Origin: Paraphysomonas bandaiensis
Lineage: Eukaryota > Protista > Chrysophyceae
Direction: 5' to 3'
Assembly (NCBI GenBank): GCA_965644295.1
Contig: CBFFRP010000435.1
Span: 186,001 to 250,000, forward strand
DNA: 64,000 nucleotides
Positions 25,795 to 38,609 of this stretch are shown here, one piece after another. A program made the position numbers and the translations under genes. The notes beneath the pieces were generated by a model. It saw nothing but the letters and a program-made list of their open reading frames with translations, made no database searches and had not been told where the DNA came from. The stretch's first letter is position 1. Every line of letters starts with the position of its first letter.

Positions 25795-27576
25795 CTATGT
25801 GACTAGTGCACTTGCCTTGAACGCATGACAGAGTTCGCCGCTGTTTGTAGGTATGCCTACAACAAAAGTTCTTTTGGACTGATAAAATTTCTCCTTTGTA
25901 AAATGGGGCAAGCACAAAACGGCTAAATCCACACGATGGGCACTTGCATTACGAAGAATGTCTTCCGCTAATGGAATCGACCCACTGTGAGTAGTTACAA
26001 CTAGGGGAAGAGTACCCGAACTACTGTTATACAAGCTATTAATTGTGCGCCTCGTCTCTTTCGCACACTTGTCTTTAGCGAACCGATTCGTGAACTCATT
26101 TTTATTCGGTTCCGGCGAGTTCAGAAGTGACCAAATATGAGGAAATACTCTTGTATATGTCTCAGATAACAAATTTGGTTGAGAGGTAGTGCTTGAACGA
26201 GTTGCCTGACTGCTTGTCGTACAGCGATCAAAATTGACCGGCCCTGGGTCAACAATGCGTACCGAAAAGAGAGGGGATGATTCCCGACTAAGAGCGAGAA
26301 CATTAGTTTTCCACGCTTCTTTAAGCACTTGTGAGCTATACGATATAGTTGTGCGGGGACTACTGAAGCAATCTTTATCGCCTAAAATCTCATTGTCGTA
26401 TGGGCACACCGCTCTAGATGGCACAGTACAAATCGATGACATACTGTGTATATAATTGACACTACTGGAGAAACGTCTATGAACAGTACCTCCTGTACTA
26501 AGAGACGAAGCTTCTACTGAAGGATCACATGTTTGACAAATGAGATTAAGATGGTCGTATGCATGGCATAGCGACAGAGCACTTTGTACAAGACACATGC
26601 ACGAGCACATCTCCCCGTTCTGTTTACATTGCGACGCACATAACTCTGGCCCTACAATCACAACAACTTGTTTGGAGAAGGTGGTACGGTGACTGCGACT
26701 GGTGCTTTCTGTAGAATGTTCTCCAGAAGCATCACAACATCTTGAAGTGGCCACGCGTTGACCAGTCTCTTGCATCATAATATCCGAGCAGCGAACGCCT
26801 CTTGATATTCCGTCCACAACACCCAGCACCCACTGCGAAATTTTATGATGCATATCGGTGCGACAAATATAGGAATTGCTACGAAATATCTCCCGATCCA
26901 ATGTTCGCTTCAGAGCCCGCAACATAGATCGTGGGAAGGCTTTATGAGTGAAGACACGGTCTTGGGCGATTGTATTCAGAGCTACAACTGTATCTGATGG
27001 CATTGTCCGGCATAGAACATCATCGCGAAACACACACCAATCAAACATATGCATACTCATTTTTAGAGTAACTCCATGTTGTACCATGTGGGTTTGAAAA
27101 GCTCTCCAGAATCTTATTAGTCTAGTCCTTTCTAAAGGTGACAAAGACAAGTGATCCGTGAGCATATTCCCCTCGCCACTCTCCCAATCACTCCCCTGTG
27201 ACCCACTGTTCCTTTCAGTGATTTCTATGTCTACTTCGAGTACCTGACGCATTATTACCGCAAAGTAAGATACAAGTATGCCGTAAAGACACTTCATCGC
27301 AGTGTTAACTTTGAGTGGTAAGACATTAAACTTAGACCACTCCTTTATATCACAGGCCTCTATTACACTGATCGGCTCAACAGGAGTCTCCATCAGCTGT
27401 ATAGGCTTTATTTTACGTCCTTTCACTCTGCTGGTGAGTGGTTTACCCCCCTCTATCCTCTTAATCCCCACAGTGGGATCTGTTTCATGAGTGGGCTGTT
27501 TATTTATATCATAGAGCCTCTTTAACTCGAAGAAAATCTTCTGACTACGAGTACAGGGGTAGCTATGAATAGGCAT
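25795..27576 (-). CDS. hypothetical protein, core exon of a multi-exon gene (further exons probably to ~27950 and ~25200)
   Basis: 593-codon open frame with a splice acceptor at ~27580 and an in-frame upstream exon (LEEVKVVNQFSSRSVCIVTRKDVPVDIYGT). No family recognised. Confidence 0.55.
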   Translation of the reverse strand: MPIHSYPCTRSQKIFFELKRLYDINKQPTHETDPTVGIKRIEGGKPLTSRVKGRKIKPIQLMETPVEPISVIEACDIKEWSKFNVLPLKVNTAMKCLYGILVSYFAVIMRQVLEVDIEITERNSGSQGSDWESGEGNMLTDHLSLSPLERTRLIRFWRAFQTHMVQHGVTLKMSMHMFDWCVFRDDVLCRTMPSDTVVALNTIAQDRVFTHKAFPRSMLRALKRTLDREIFRSNSYICRTDMHHKISQWVLGVVDGISRGVRCSDIMMQETGQRVATSRCCDASGEHSTESTSRSHRTTFSKQVVVIVGPELCASQCKQNGEMCSCMCLVQSALSLCHAYDHLNLICQTCDPSVEASSLSTGGTVHRRFSSSVNYIHSMSSICTVPSRAVCPYDNEILGDKDCFSSPRTTISYSSQVLKEAWKTNVLALSRESSPLFSVRIVDPGPVNFDRCTTSSQATRSSTTSQPNLLSETYTRVFPHIWSLLNSPEPNKNEFTNRFAKDKCAKETRRTINSLYNSSSGTLPLVVTTHSGSIPLAEDILRNASAHRVDLAVLCLPHFTKEKFYQSKRTFVVGIPTNSGELCHAFKASALVT

Positions 27577-28782
27577 GAACTGTATGGAGGGTACAGTGAT
27601 TGGGTGTTACTTGTATACGCTGATTTCTATTTCCATTACAAGTATATGATAGATACTCACTGTACCATATATATCTACAGGCACGTCCTTCCGTGTGACG
27701 ATACAGACACTTCTACTCGAAACTGATTCACAACTTTTACTTCCTCCAAATTTATACAGTAAATCTAGAAAACACTGATATTATATACAAAATACTCATA
27801 AAACGCTATATATAGAGTAAATCTCCAGTTCCCATACATACTGACGATATACTATACGAGATATTATCCAATTAATTTGATCTGACAATACGTTGGACTG
27901 ACAACTGTCACTATAAACATGATGCATGAGATGGTACGTTGTGTAATAAAATGGAAAACATATCGGAGGGATATGTCCCAAATCTTGACTAAGATAATGT
28001 AAGCAGCCATATTGCAAACTGCAGAAGCCTTTGAGAGTACAGATATTGAACATGTTTATGGTTCTTATGCTCCCAGAAAACTACTTACACAAGAAAGTTT
28101 CTCGATTTTGAAAGTCTCTCACTAATTATATACTCAATTCTTATATTATTTCTTTAATCGTGTAGTTGAAATCAGTTTGAATAGGAGTGTAAACCAGATG
28201 AGTTAGATATGGTTGGTTGGTTCTGCTTCTTTGAAGAAAAGTTACAGCCTATTATTCCTCACCAATATTGTCTATAACTAAGAGCTGTTTTGGATAGAAA
28301 ATGATATCGGTCCAGTCTAATCACCTGTAAAGTCATAAAAGATGACTTGGTACTAGAGAGCTAAAATGTCAGAGGGGAAATGAATTGTATATGAACAAGG
28401 GGTGATATTATATATTATATACTGTAGAGGAAGAGCTAAATACATATTATACTTTAGAAGTACATGAAGATGACTGAGCACACTCAGCACGTAGTGGTGA
28501 ACAACCACAACGATTTGGTATTGTATAACCTCCTTGTATAGAATTTACCCCTGTCAGTAATAAGTACCAAAAGATCTGAATAGAACTTCACCACATTTTC
28601 AACTTACAATTTTGTAAAAAAAAAGTGGTTAAATTAACCCCCCTCCACTCAAGCGGTTTAATAACGTATTTATGTTTAACATTTTATATTATACTGTATT
28701 GTTATAAAGCCGACTTAACACACACACTTGCCGATGATTCTGAACAACAGTGAGCAAGCTATACGCAAATTACACATGTATG

Positions 28783-30168
28783 CTACGAATTATTAATTTC
28801 CATTGAACTATTAATAAGGTTGGGATTAACCGCAGTCCGCCTATTTTGTTGCTTCATTATAGCTTGGCTCTTCGACATACTAGACCGCAACTTATCCTTT
28901 TTTTCCATATGCTGCTTTCTAATGGCCACCTCTTCACCCACTTCACATCGTCTTTCATAAAGTGTTATACAATACTAAAACAATAACTCAAGATACTTAC
29001 TCTGCATGCTCTCTAACTTTTTCTAAGTTACCAGCAAATTCGTTCCTGGCATCATGGGAGTCACACTCGAAGTCATACGTTTTCTCTGCTGTGCATATGG
29101 AAAAGCAGCGCAAGGAGTCCTCACTTTTGGAAGCTAAGGTTGACAAAGCCACGGTCTCTGCACCTAATCCACGATTAACTTATCGGTTTTTCGAGTTAAT
29201 CATTGTCACATCAACTCATAAATTACAGGTAACGCCTCACCATACTGTACACTAACAATACTTTCAATCGGCACCCTATTTGTGATCTCCTTGCCCCCTC
29301 CAGGTACGGTGGGAGCTGCGGGGTCGTACCAATATATGCTCTGGCCTTTCTCGTCCACCTATCCCATAACATTTAAAGTACGGATTTTCTACATGAGAGA
29401 TAAAATACCTTTACGATTCTATCATGTACCTTATGAAATCCCATCGCCATGTAGTGCTTCCGCTGTATCACTCATTAGAATTATATCATTATATATATTC
29501 ATTGCATTGCATAGTTAGGTTCGTATACACACCATTTTCAGTCCTTTCTGTAGTGACGAAAGTGCTTCTCTCCGCTCTTCTGATTTACGGTCGAACCAAG
29601 TTTGCATGCCTTTGTTGGCAATGCCTTGTGCGCGGAAGACCGCATCATTCGCTCCATCTATCTCATCCAAAATAGCGTCGTACCTGATTCGTCAATACAG
29701 AAGTTATAACAACGGTCGGAGATGGCATAACATACGCACCAGTGCTTCTGGTCGGCGTGGCTATCAGCGTTCAAATGGATAAGATCACCATTACCAGCCG
29801 TAATTTGAATACCATGCATTTGATCTGCATCAATTTTCATCTTGCAAGAAGCCCCAGCTAAATCTGTTTCCCCCAAATAGCCAGAATCTGTCGTTATCGT
29901 AAGAAACAAACAGCATTTCCATGCAGATATTACCTGGTAAACCGTGGCCCCTTGCATCACATCTCGCGCTATTGAAATAATACAAAATTCCATCAACAAG
30001 AACACAAAAAACTTTTTCCCAGCTTGATATAAGTTTATTCTCTTTCTTCATTAGCCACCCTATTCTATTAACATCGGCTGATTTCTCTATTGGAGGGGCA
30101 CATGTTTCGACTGGATCAAAGGCGGTCTCCACAGGGTTCTGTTGCGATTTATCTCCAAAACAACACAT
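28783..30168 (-). CDS. tandem PH-domain protein, multi-exon
   Basis: RIGWLMKKENKLISSWEKVFCVLVDGILYYF...LNADSHADQKHW (PH1) and CFSICTAEKTYDFECDSHDARNEF (PH2). N-terminal MCC may be palmitoylated. Stop at 28783-28785. Confidence 0.75.
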
Positions 30169-30635
30169 AATTATATCAGAAACTGGGATTGTTTACAACA
30201 ATCCTCAGTAATGATCTACCCTTTGACTATGTCAAGTGGAACCCACTGCTAGAGAAATACTTAAGCATGGCGGTATATTTACATCAGAATCATGTTGTGA
30301 ATATCTATTTTTGCTACATGCAGAGGGTTTGTAGTCCCAAATCCGTATTTTTTAGGTATTGAATACATAACAAAAAATAGTACTAAGAAGTATAAAAAAC
30401 AGTGTTTTCTAGTTTTTATAGTCCCAAAGTTTGCAAAGTGTTGAAAAAGGGTATTTTGTGTGTGGATATGCAGCGCAACACGCACGGACCATGTAGACTA
30501 TGCATATTATAGCAGAGTGATGCATGGTAGTATAGTGCACAGCAGAAGAGAACAAGAAGGTTTCCATACCATACACATATCAACTAGTGTGATACAGTAT
30601 AAGACAAAATTAAACTTCTTCTATTACTTATAAGT

Positions 30636-31476
30636 ATGTTTGTTGCCAATTCACTAGCATTTAAGTCAATTGCACGCACGTCTGGCTTCTTGAGGAAGTC
30701 CCATGCATTCCACAGGTTGGTAACTATTCCTCTTACAACGACTGTAGCTTAGTATATTATTATAGTTCTGCTGCTGCCCTTGCCAATCCAAAGGTTTTCT
30801 TTGATATTGATATCGCTGGAAAAGACTCTGGAAGGGTTACCTTTGAGCTTTTCTCTGATGTTGTTCCGAAGACGGTATATGGTCTACTCCATACGCTATG
30901 CTTGTGCTCATTGTGCGTGGTGCCTACAGGCTGAGAACTTCCGTGCTCTCTGCACTGGTGAGAAAGGATTTGGATTCAAGGGGTCCCATTTCCACCGCGT
31001 GATTCCCCAGTTCATGTGCCAGGGTGGCGATATGACGGTAATGCAGCAATGCTCTATATTGTGTATGAAATCGTAACCTGCATTGTCTTATATATAGCGT
31101 GGTGATGGTACTGGTGGAAAGTCAATCTACGGAAGCAAATTTCCCGATGAGAACTTTGACATCAAGCACACAAAACCGTTTCAGCTCTCCATGGCAAACG
31201 CTGGACCCAACACGAACGGTTCCCAATTTTTTATTACCGTAGGTCAGTGGAGTGGGCATCGTGCTACGTTTCTGTAATTTGTATTCCTAATACTATCACG
31301 TTTTTTCTAATATATGCTTGTCCTATGCAGTTCCGTGCCCGTGGCTGGATGGCAAGCACGTCGTGTTCGGAGAGGTTGTTGAAGGATCAGATGTTGTGAA
31401 AGCCATTGAGGGACAAGGATCCCAGATGGGACGCCCAAAGAACCAGATCACAATTAGAGATTGTGGTGAACTTTAG
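30636..31476 (+). CDS. cyclophilin-type peptidyl-prolyl cis-trans isomerase with probable mitochondrial presequence
   Basis: Five exons give NPKVFFDI...VPKT|[34 protein letters not shown]...[17 protein letters not shown]...[10 protein letters not shown]. The N-terminal extension is rich in Arg, Lys, Ser and Ala and lacks acidic residues. Confidence 0.95.
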
Positions 31477-33122
31477 AAAGGGAGAAGAATCATGCCGTTA
31501 TGGCCTTATCTGTAGTTCCTTGGATCGTTTACTTGTTAGGGCTGTAATATCGGGTGTGCTAGAGAGCAGTAATTAATATTCCCTGTGCAATCTATCAGTT
31601 GCTTTGACCTCCACGAGCAAAATTATAGTGCAATAATGTGTTTTGCAAAGTTGATAGTGAATAGTGGATGTTATAACGTTTCAGTGACACTCATTCGTCA
31701 AACCAGCTGATTATATCGACGCAATCTTCTTTGATATAGGATATAGGGATAGGGGTTATCAGTGTCGCCAATGTTACCAAAACTTTGACAATGCAACAAC
31801 ACGCAGCAACCGTCCATAAACAAAACAAAGAACAACATTCTAGAAACGACTGGTTTTGAAAGCAAAACTCATCTCAAAAGTTCGTTTGATACATCATCGT
31901 CATCGAGATATATGATTTAAGAATATCAGAACACATCAAGTCAACCTAGCCACAACAATCCCAAAATATTAAGCTGTATGAACACTTGCTTCAAAACACA
32001 GTTGATACAATTTTTCTCTGAAAAAAGTAATATATTAAAAGCGACAATTTTAGCATAGCTAATTAGACAAAATTGAAATCCTTTCTATGTCATTTTACTC
32101 ATGAAACAAACTCCTTGGCTTTGTCAGAATCTAATGCAGATATGTCGTAGCAATAGACTCATCGAACGGCCAATTTACTCAATCAATACAACATAAATAG
32201 ACTCATACATTCAAAGTTCATAAAAGCAGATGATGTATACTTATTTATATCTGGGAATACACTAATTCCTCAGTACATTCCCACTTGTGTGAAATATGTT
32301 ATCAGCCACTCCAGTTATTCACATCAATTAATCGACACAACATAGTATCATCACCATCAAGGAATGGTCTCAAAATCACCACCAGTTGTTGACAAATTCA
32401 CCGAATTAAACCTCTTCTAATAAGGTTTACGCAAGGTTGAATGAGTCAATATAGCTACTCCAGAGAACTACTCATCACTTTTGCTGAACATATCGGTGAC
32501 TCTTATGCTACTGTATAACTTGTACAGTCGATCGATCAAGCACTACATGACTGGACAGGACCAAATGAAATCTCCGGTTCAATTCTCCAGTCTTGTTCCA
32601 TTATTATTGTCAATCATTCTTCATTATTATTATTCTCATCTTATCATTGTCACATTATGCCCTAGATCTTGATTCATAGGTTGGTCCAATAACTGCGATA
32701 GCAGTGTCTTTGCTTTCGAACGCATGATATCATCTAGATATCTTGTATCCAGACCTCTCCACTGCAGGCAGTACTCTGTACATCCAGCTACAACACAACT
32801 GGTATACCGTAGAGTACAGTACTGCTGTATGCATTCTATGTATTCTGGAATTGTACTGTACGCCGTATACTGGTATACCGTATATGTGAAGGACACCATA
32901 TATTCAACAACGAATTCCCCGTATGTATGTATATGTATGTCAACATGGATGTACAGAAGAGTGTACTTCTGACTGACTGCACTGTTACTGTATGCCGCTT
33001 CAGTCTAGTGTATATTTCAACCCACTCACACCTCCGATACACTTATTGGAGAAGTAGATTTGTGGGATTTTTATCAATTAGTTTGCTCCAAGTTAGAAGT
33101 ACTTATAGCGTGCTGGTCAATA

Positions 33123-33468
33123 ATGGATGCCAACGGTGGATTTGAAATGAAGGATCAGAGTGCCTCGGCTAAGTTGAAAAGATTGTGTACTGAACAACCC
33201 TTCGTTCCAATTGGCTGTCTTGCTACTGTTGGGTTTCTTGTGAATGGATTAAACCAAATGAGAAAAGGGAACTCAAGGAATTCACAACTGATGATGCGTG
33301 GGAGAGTCCTCGCACAGGTGATTAATCACACAGAACTTAAAGTTACCAGCTGATGTTGTAATATTAATATAGGGTTTTACAGTATTATGTATCTACTTCG
33401 GTGTTGCGGCAGCCAATAAAGCCAAGGAGCCGAAGAGTATTGAGGACCTTGGCCGACGTGTCGCTTAA
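33123..33468 (+). CDS. HIG1-domain (Rcf1/HIGD) mitochondrial membrane protein
   Basis: EQPFVPIGCLATVGFL...SQLMMRGRVLAQ|GFTV, with intron 33318-33372. Confidence 0.9.
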
Positions 33469-33809
33469 TCGCGAAGGCTACTTCAATATCTCACTTTCAG
33501 TATATATTCCTGCATTTGTACTTCTTAGTTAATTAATTTCTAGTCCAAGCTTGAAAATCGTACTTAACACTACTAATTATTGCTTATCTAACTATTTACT
33601 GCTCGAAATATTCCTGCAATTGGACTACGCTTTCGTAGCGTAGAAAATTCACTGGCATATCGATATGATTTCGACAAAACTACATTAATAATGAATCAAC
33701 TAGTTATTAATACTGACGCAGTTATGTATGAGAAGCAAGCATTTATTACTAATAATCCTCCCGTTACTTTAAAAAGAGCTTGTGTACATGTGTATACGGC
33801 ACTGTATAC

Positions 33810-34042
33810 CAGGGCTAGGAAACAATATATTGCAATACTATTGATAGATAGCGTTCCAACAATACTATTGATGGAGATTTTAAACAGGCTCAACAATACA
33901 ATTGCAATATATTGTGAGCCACTTTAACAGAAACAATATTGATGGGATTTTTGGCCGGTCGAAAAATCAATATATTTTACAATATATTGCAATATATTGT
34001 ACAATGTAGTATTGCAATTCAATATATTGTTTCCTAGCCCTG
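33810..34042. mobile_element. hAT-type MITE, 233 bp
   Basis: 23-bp perfect TIR CAGGGCTAGGAAACAATATATTG. 8-bp TSD CTGTATAC at 33802-33809 and 34043-34050. Many internal CAATA(TA/CTA)TTG motifs. Confidence 0.92.
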
Positions 34043-35221
34043 CTGTATACTGCTCACTTCGAATATTTACAAGTGGTTACAGTTTTACAGCAACGTTGTG
34101 AGTCGTGAGTGACTTCATAAGAAACTTTAACTATCATATTGACGAGTAATTATTATTCAAATATGCATTTAAAAAACACAAGAACGATACATGTCTATTG
34201 TAGCTCTCTACGTGTTCAATGTCTATTGTAGCTCTCTAGAAAGGTATATTTAATGAATGCTGTAAATAGCTATTGATTCAACAATTTAAAAAATGGTACT
34301 AAGTAAGAGCTATGAAATAGAAATGCTTTTATAAAATCTGTTACTGCTGTGAGGTTAGGTTCAGGTTTCTTCCTAACTTTGAGTACAAAACTTTCCCATA
34401 TACAACACATATCCAAACGAACTTGGCGCATACGCGCATTCCTACAATATAAGGGAGCAGATATATTGCAGTGCAGTAATGATTATCACATTTTCATTGC
34501 TCTTGTGAATGCCAGTAAAGAGGTCTTTCGTGGGAACATGAGCAGCGAGATCCACATTGATAACAAAGTATGCAATACACCTATAGTTCTGCATACCACA
34601 TTGAAATAGAATGTACATATACATAGTATGTTTGTATATAATAAGTAGGTTTGTAATTGTACTGATGACCCTCTTTTCAACCCCATTAATCGTTTAACGG
34701 TTCAGAGACTTTAGGGTGAGTCTCATTGTAGAAAACTCATCGCCGTCGATATGGTGGTCACATATTATCGGTGTTATATGCCTCATTCTAGTTCCTGTGA
34801 ATGGTTATAAGAGCTGTTGTATGGAGGATACCCCATACTCCTATACCCCATACTCCTATACTCCTATCTATTGACCTCTTTGCATGCTTTAAAACATGCA
34901 TTAGATTGATAGGCTGGTGCATAAAACCATCATTTTTACTAAAAACATGGATTTTATATATCCTGTTCATAGAAAATTCGCGGTCTATAGATGGTGTACA
35001 CAACTTCTTGCTGATCTTACTCCTGCTACATGCCGTATGCTGCTGTATGCTGTATGCTGTATGTCCTCAATAAGGGGCATACTATCATCATATGACCATG
35101 ATATGCTGCTATATATTTCCATGAACCATATCAGTGTTACTCTTACGATATCATCACAATGACTACAACAATACTATCCATTTAATACTACTCATATATA
35201 ACAATCTAATCGTAACGGATA

Positions 35222-37288
35222 ATGAAACCAGGACAAAAAATATCAAGAAACACTCAATTAGAGCTCTATTTACAGAGCATGGGACACGAACATGTATCAG
35301 ACACACGTGGAACACACACATACAGGGATAGTTATATATATAAACTAATATGTTATATTATTTCATGTATTCAGTTATTGTGTAATAGATGTGTATTATT
35401 GACTATTGTACTCCTCAAAACATGCAGTACACAGTGCGGTGTATACACGAAATTATATTTGCATACACATGGATATACTGGCCCATCGGAAGAGTTTTTC
35501 TTAGAAACTCCTTTAGTTGCTCTCATGGCACTCATTTTAATTAAAGTGCTATATTTTTTCTTCTTCGTCATCACATCTTTACGTTTGGTCTATGTGGTTA
35601 TCATTTCATTCCCGTGCATACTGTGTATTGCGTTTATTTCCCAATCGTTCTATATCTCTTATTTAATGGATGCAATATGTCGCAAGGCTTTTTCTCTTGA
35701 GCGGTCCACTCGAGCTTGTACTAGTGTGATTCGAAAAATGCAACTTACTTTGTGTGGCAGAGATATATTGCATCCACTGCCGCCGGTACACAAACTGGAA
35801 GAATATATTGCGATGAGGTGCACGTCGCAAGAACAAGACTATCTAGCGATGCGGGAAATGCGGATGGCTCTGTCAACTTCTCTGCAAAAGCTATGCGAAA
35901 CCTTGAAATCGATTAATGCATCACAATCATATTCATCTTTCTCTGCAAATGGCAACCTGTCATCCCGGGCTCTACATACGCATATAGACGATGTATTCCA
36001 TTCGTTATTACCTTTAGTTATTCACACGCATTACAACCGTTTCGCCTCAACTACTTCTTTTGAATATAGTACTGCCAAGGCAATGGAAGAGTTTATTTCC
36101 ACGCTCTCTGCAAGCTGGTCTGTATATAGAGTGTATAGTGCACTGTTGTCATATGAAAGAGTCTTGCTCTCACTGAACCCCTCAATGCATCATAATATCG
36201 CACTTGATAACACATATTTTACTGATGATGATGATGTGAACTGCAGTAGTGTCTTAGGAGAAGATCCTTGGAAGCTTTATATGAACGCTAGACAAGAACT
36301 AAGTACCTTGCGAGCACGGTGTGAGGATACCGCCCTCAGAGTATATCAAGCAGAGTGCAAACTCGCCGGTGTAGCTTTTTCGTGCCTGAACTCATCTAAT
36401 CTTCCAAATAAAGATACGATTCGTAATAATAGTGTATCACCAGAAAGGGTTCTGGAGTTAGAAAGGGTCGTCAATATTGCGCAAGAGGCCCTCCATGTTT
36501 ATACTGGGAGAGGTGTTTCTGCCCCCTATTTTGAAGAAAATGCAGAATGTTGTTCTGCTGAGAGTAGCAATGGGTCTGGATTTAGAAATTGGTCCCTTCC
36601 AACAGCGAGTGAGCTAGAGAGCACTCTGGTTAAATTGGCAGATCTTGTACGGATATGTTCTATACAGCATAAGCATGCCCTGGGTGAGGATACTGCTGCG
36701 CTACTATGTGTGGAAGAGACCCAACCTATTCCTCCAACGGATCAGAATGAAGACATCCCACAAGATCTTTCCAATCGATCCTGTCCTCAGTTCCCAGTCC
36801 CTTCAACGCAAGAGGAGTACTCCGATGGGGCTGACCGTGCGGCTCCATCCCACCTCAGTCTTATTCCTCAGCTATCAGAAGGGGTGATTGAGGTTATCAC
36901 AGCCGAGGTTCTCTCTGACATTCAGATCAAACACATGACTTGCGACCCGGAGTATGACAGAAACAGAGAGGAGTATAGAGCAATATCTCGCACAGTCATG
37001 TCGGAATTAGGAGGACATGTGGGCGTTATCAAAGCGAAAAACTCACTCATTGAAAGGGAGCGCAGTCTTGTGACAGCACCAGTTCCGGATAGTAGCCCTG
37101 CCCTCCCAGTTCTTAAACCAGCAGAACAGCCCCATGAAATGCATATTGCTCCTAGTTTTAATACTGATCGTCCTTTGTCCGATGTGGTCAGTAGAGCTAA
37201 TTTGCAATGCGAGCTTTCATCATTGTTAGGTGGAATTCATCGAGAGGGAGATGTTATTGGAGATAGTTCTGATGATGATTGCACTTAG
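35222..37288 (+). CDS. membrane protein, 688 aa, vezatin-like (tentative), intronless
   Basis: TM pair followed by VIRKMQLTLCGRDILHPLPPVHKLEE...MREMRMAL, recalling the vezatin/VezA segment ELVSRGYxxxxPLPPxSRLE...LRRxL (from memory). Confidence 0.5.
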   Translation: MKPGQKISRNTQLELYLQSMGHEHVSDTRGTHTYRDSYIYKLICYIISCIQLLCNRCVLLTIVLLKTCSTQCGVYTKLYLHTHGYTGPSEEFFLETPLVALMALILIKVLYFFFFVITSLRLVYVVIISFPCILCIAFISQSFYISYLMDAICRKAFSLERSTRACTSVIRKMQLTLCGRDILHPLPPVHKLEEYIAMRCTSQEQDYLAMREMRMALSTSLQKLCETLKSINASQSYSSFSANGNLSSRALHTHIDDVFHSLLPLVIHTHYNRFASTTSFEYSTAKAMEEFISTLSASWSVYRVYSALLSYERVLLSLNPSMHHNIALDNTYFTDDDDVNCSSVLGEDPWKLYMNARQELSTLRARCEDTALRVYQAECKLAGVAFSCLNSSNLPNKDTIRNNSVSPERVLELERVVNIAQEALHVYTGRGVSAPYFEENAECCSAESSNGSGFRNWSLPTASELESTLVKLADLVRICSIQHKHALGEDTAALLCVEETQPIPPTDQNEDIPQDLSNRSCPQFPVPSTQEEYSDGADRAAPSHLSLIPQLSEGVIEVITAEVLSDIQIKHMTCDPEYDRNREEYRAISRTVMSELGGHVGVIKAKNSLIERERSLVTAPVPDSSPALPVLKPAEQPHEMHIAPSFNTDRPLSDVVSRANLQCELSSLLGGIHREGDVIGDSSDDDCT

Positions 37289-37950
37289 TACTTTGTGTGC
37301 TTTTGAGTAAGTCCGGAAATAGTTTGCCGTTTTTATCAGAGACTAGACAAGAATATAAATATTAGTTGTGCATCGTATGAGCTGGATTCAAGTACGTCGA
37401 TAGATAATTGATATTATGTATGTGTACATGTTTATGTGCCGCTGTGGCACAGATATGAAGTAGCAGTATTATTACAGTAGTATGTAAAAGCGTTTATTGT
37501 TTCCACAGCTCGTGATACTAAAGTAATGAAAACTAATTTACATTTATTGGGAATAATATGTATTACTATAGAGTATATAACATTAAATACCATTACATTG
37601 GTTGCTACCTATTATGCGATGTATGAATGAAAATATTGCATGTAGCCTTTATACGAAGTCTTGCATATTCGTTATAAATTTTGTATATCATGACCTGTGT
37701 AAATAATTACAGCAAGGAAATACAATGAACTACTACACCATAGTAGGTATTTATATATGTAATAATATGTACAGTCATTGTTGCGAACTATGATCGTGAG
37801 TCAACATACTACTTGTCACGTTTGATCTGGCCCTATATACTATATACCACAGGTAGACAACATTTCGTTGGTCTGTTTAAACTTTGTAGGAGAGGGTACA
37901 GCATTGAACAAGGTAAATTCAGGGTAGACATATATATCTAGAAAATTATG

Positions 37951-38039
37951 CCCTCAACAAAGTCGAACTCGCACCTTTTCGTGGTGTTCTGGGGGATAAA
38001 GGCAGCGGAAATATTTTTCCTGGAAACTAATGTGAGCCG
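37951..38039 (+). ncRNA. second copy of the putative HDV-like ribozyme
   Basis: Identical P1, P3 and L3 core. J4/2 CTAAT (C at 38027). P2 CTCGC/GTGAG. P4 has a different sequence (GGAAA/TTTCC) that still pairs. Confidence 0.5.
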
Positions 38040-38385
38040 CAAACATAGTCAGTAGATATTTTTCTGCCCAGTCATAGCCAAATGCTTGTGTAGTACGAGG
38101 GACACAAATAAGTGTCACTTGTGTAGACGTCTTTGGGCCTTGATGAATAAACAGGCATCCGGGGTTTGGGGCTGCCTGCTGAAGTCAAGCATGTGGGATG
38201 CTCACCTTCAGGATTCAATATTCCTGAAGTCAGTATTTTGTTTGCTCACTGCGTTTGTTTTGAGTGATAGAGCTTGGTGATTGCGGTGACGCAGAAACAG
38301 CTTTCGTAGCGCTAAGCAATAGGACATCAGAGTTAAGCACTAGTTAGTTATATTGTCTACATTAGTTCTGACTCTTACACGCCTA
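37951..38385 (+). mobile_element. second near-complete copy of the non-autonomous retroelement
   Basis: Same 5' start CCCTCAACAAAGTCG as 43256 and colinear for ~210 bp. 3' core GGTGACGCAGAAACAGCTTTCGTAGCG present. Tail and TSD not seen. Confidence 0.8.
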
Positions 38386-38609
38386 CGGTGCTTGTTCACT
38401 GTGTTTGCTTTGCATGTTGCGCCTTAGTACTTACACGGTGACACACAGTAGGATAATAGAGTTATATGGGCAATGTGTCTGGCGGGCCTGTGCCATGGAC
38501 TATGTGAGGGGTGAATGGGGCGAGATGTATATATGAGAGTGTAATTCGGTGGTGGAGATGGTGTTGGTTGTCGAGGTGGGGTTTCGGCCACATGTAAGGA
38601 GGAGTTGTT

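Noticed and set aside
31760-32725. Minus-strand gene divergent from HIG1 (MRSKAKTLL...)
   Set aside because: The frame stops after 29 codons, downstream frames have repeated stops and no family is recognisable. At most a decayed gene.
34250-34790. Small spliced minus-strand gene divergent from the vezatin-like ORF
   Set aside because: Splice-like sites exist, but I could not assemble a convincing continuous frame or recognise a product.
37961-37972. tRNA/B-box-like GAGTTCGACT on the minus strand
   Set aside because: No cloverleaf or A box, wrong strand relative to the element tail, and changed in the 43256 copy.
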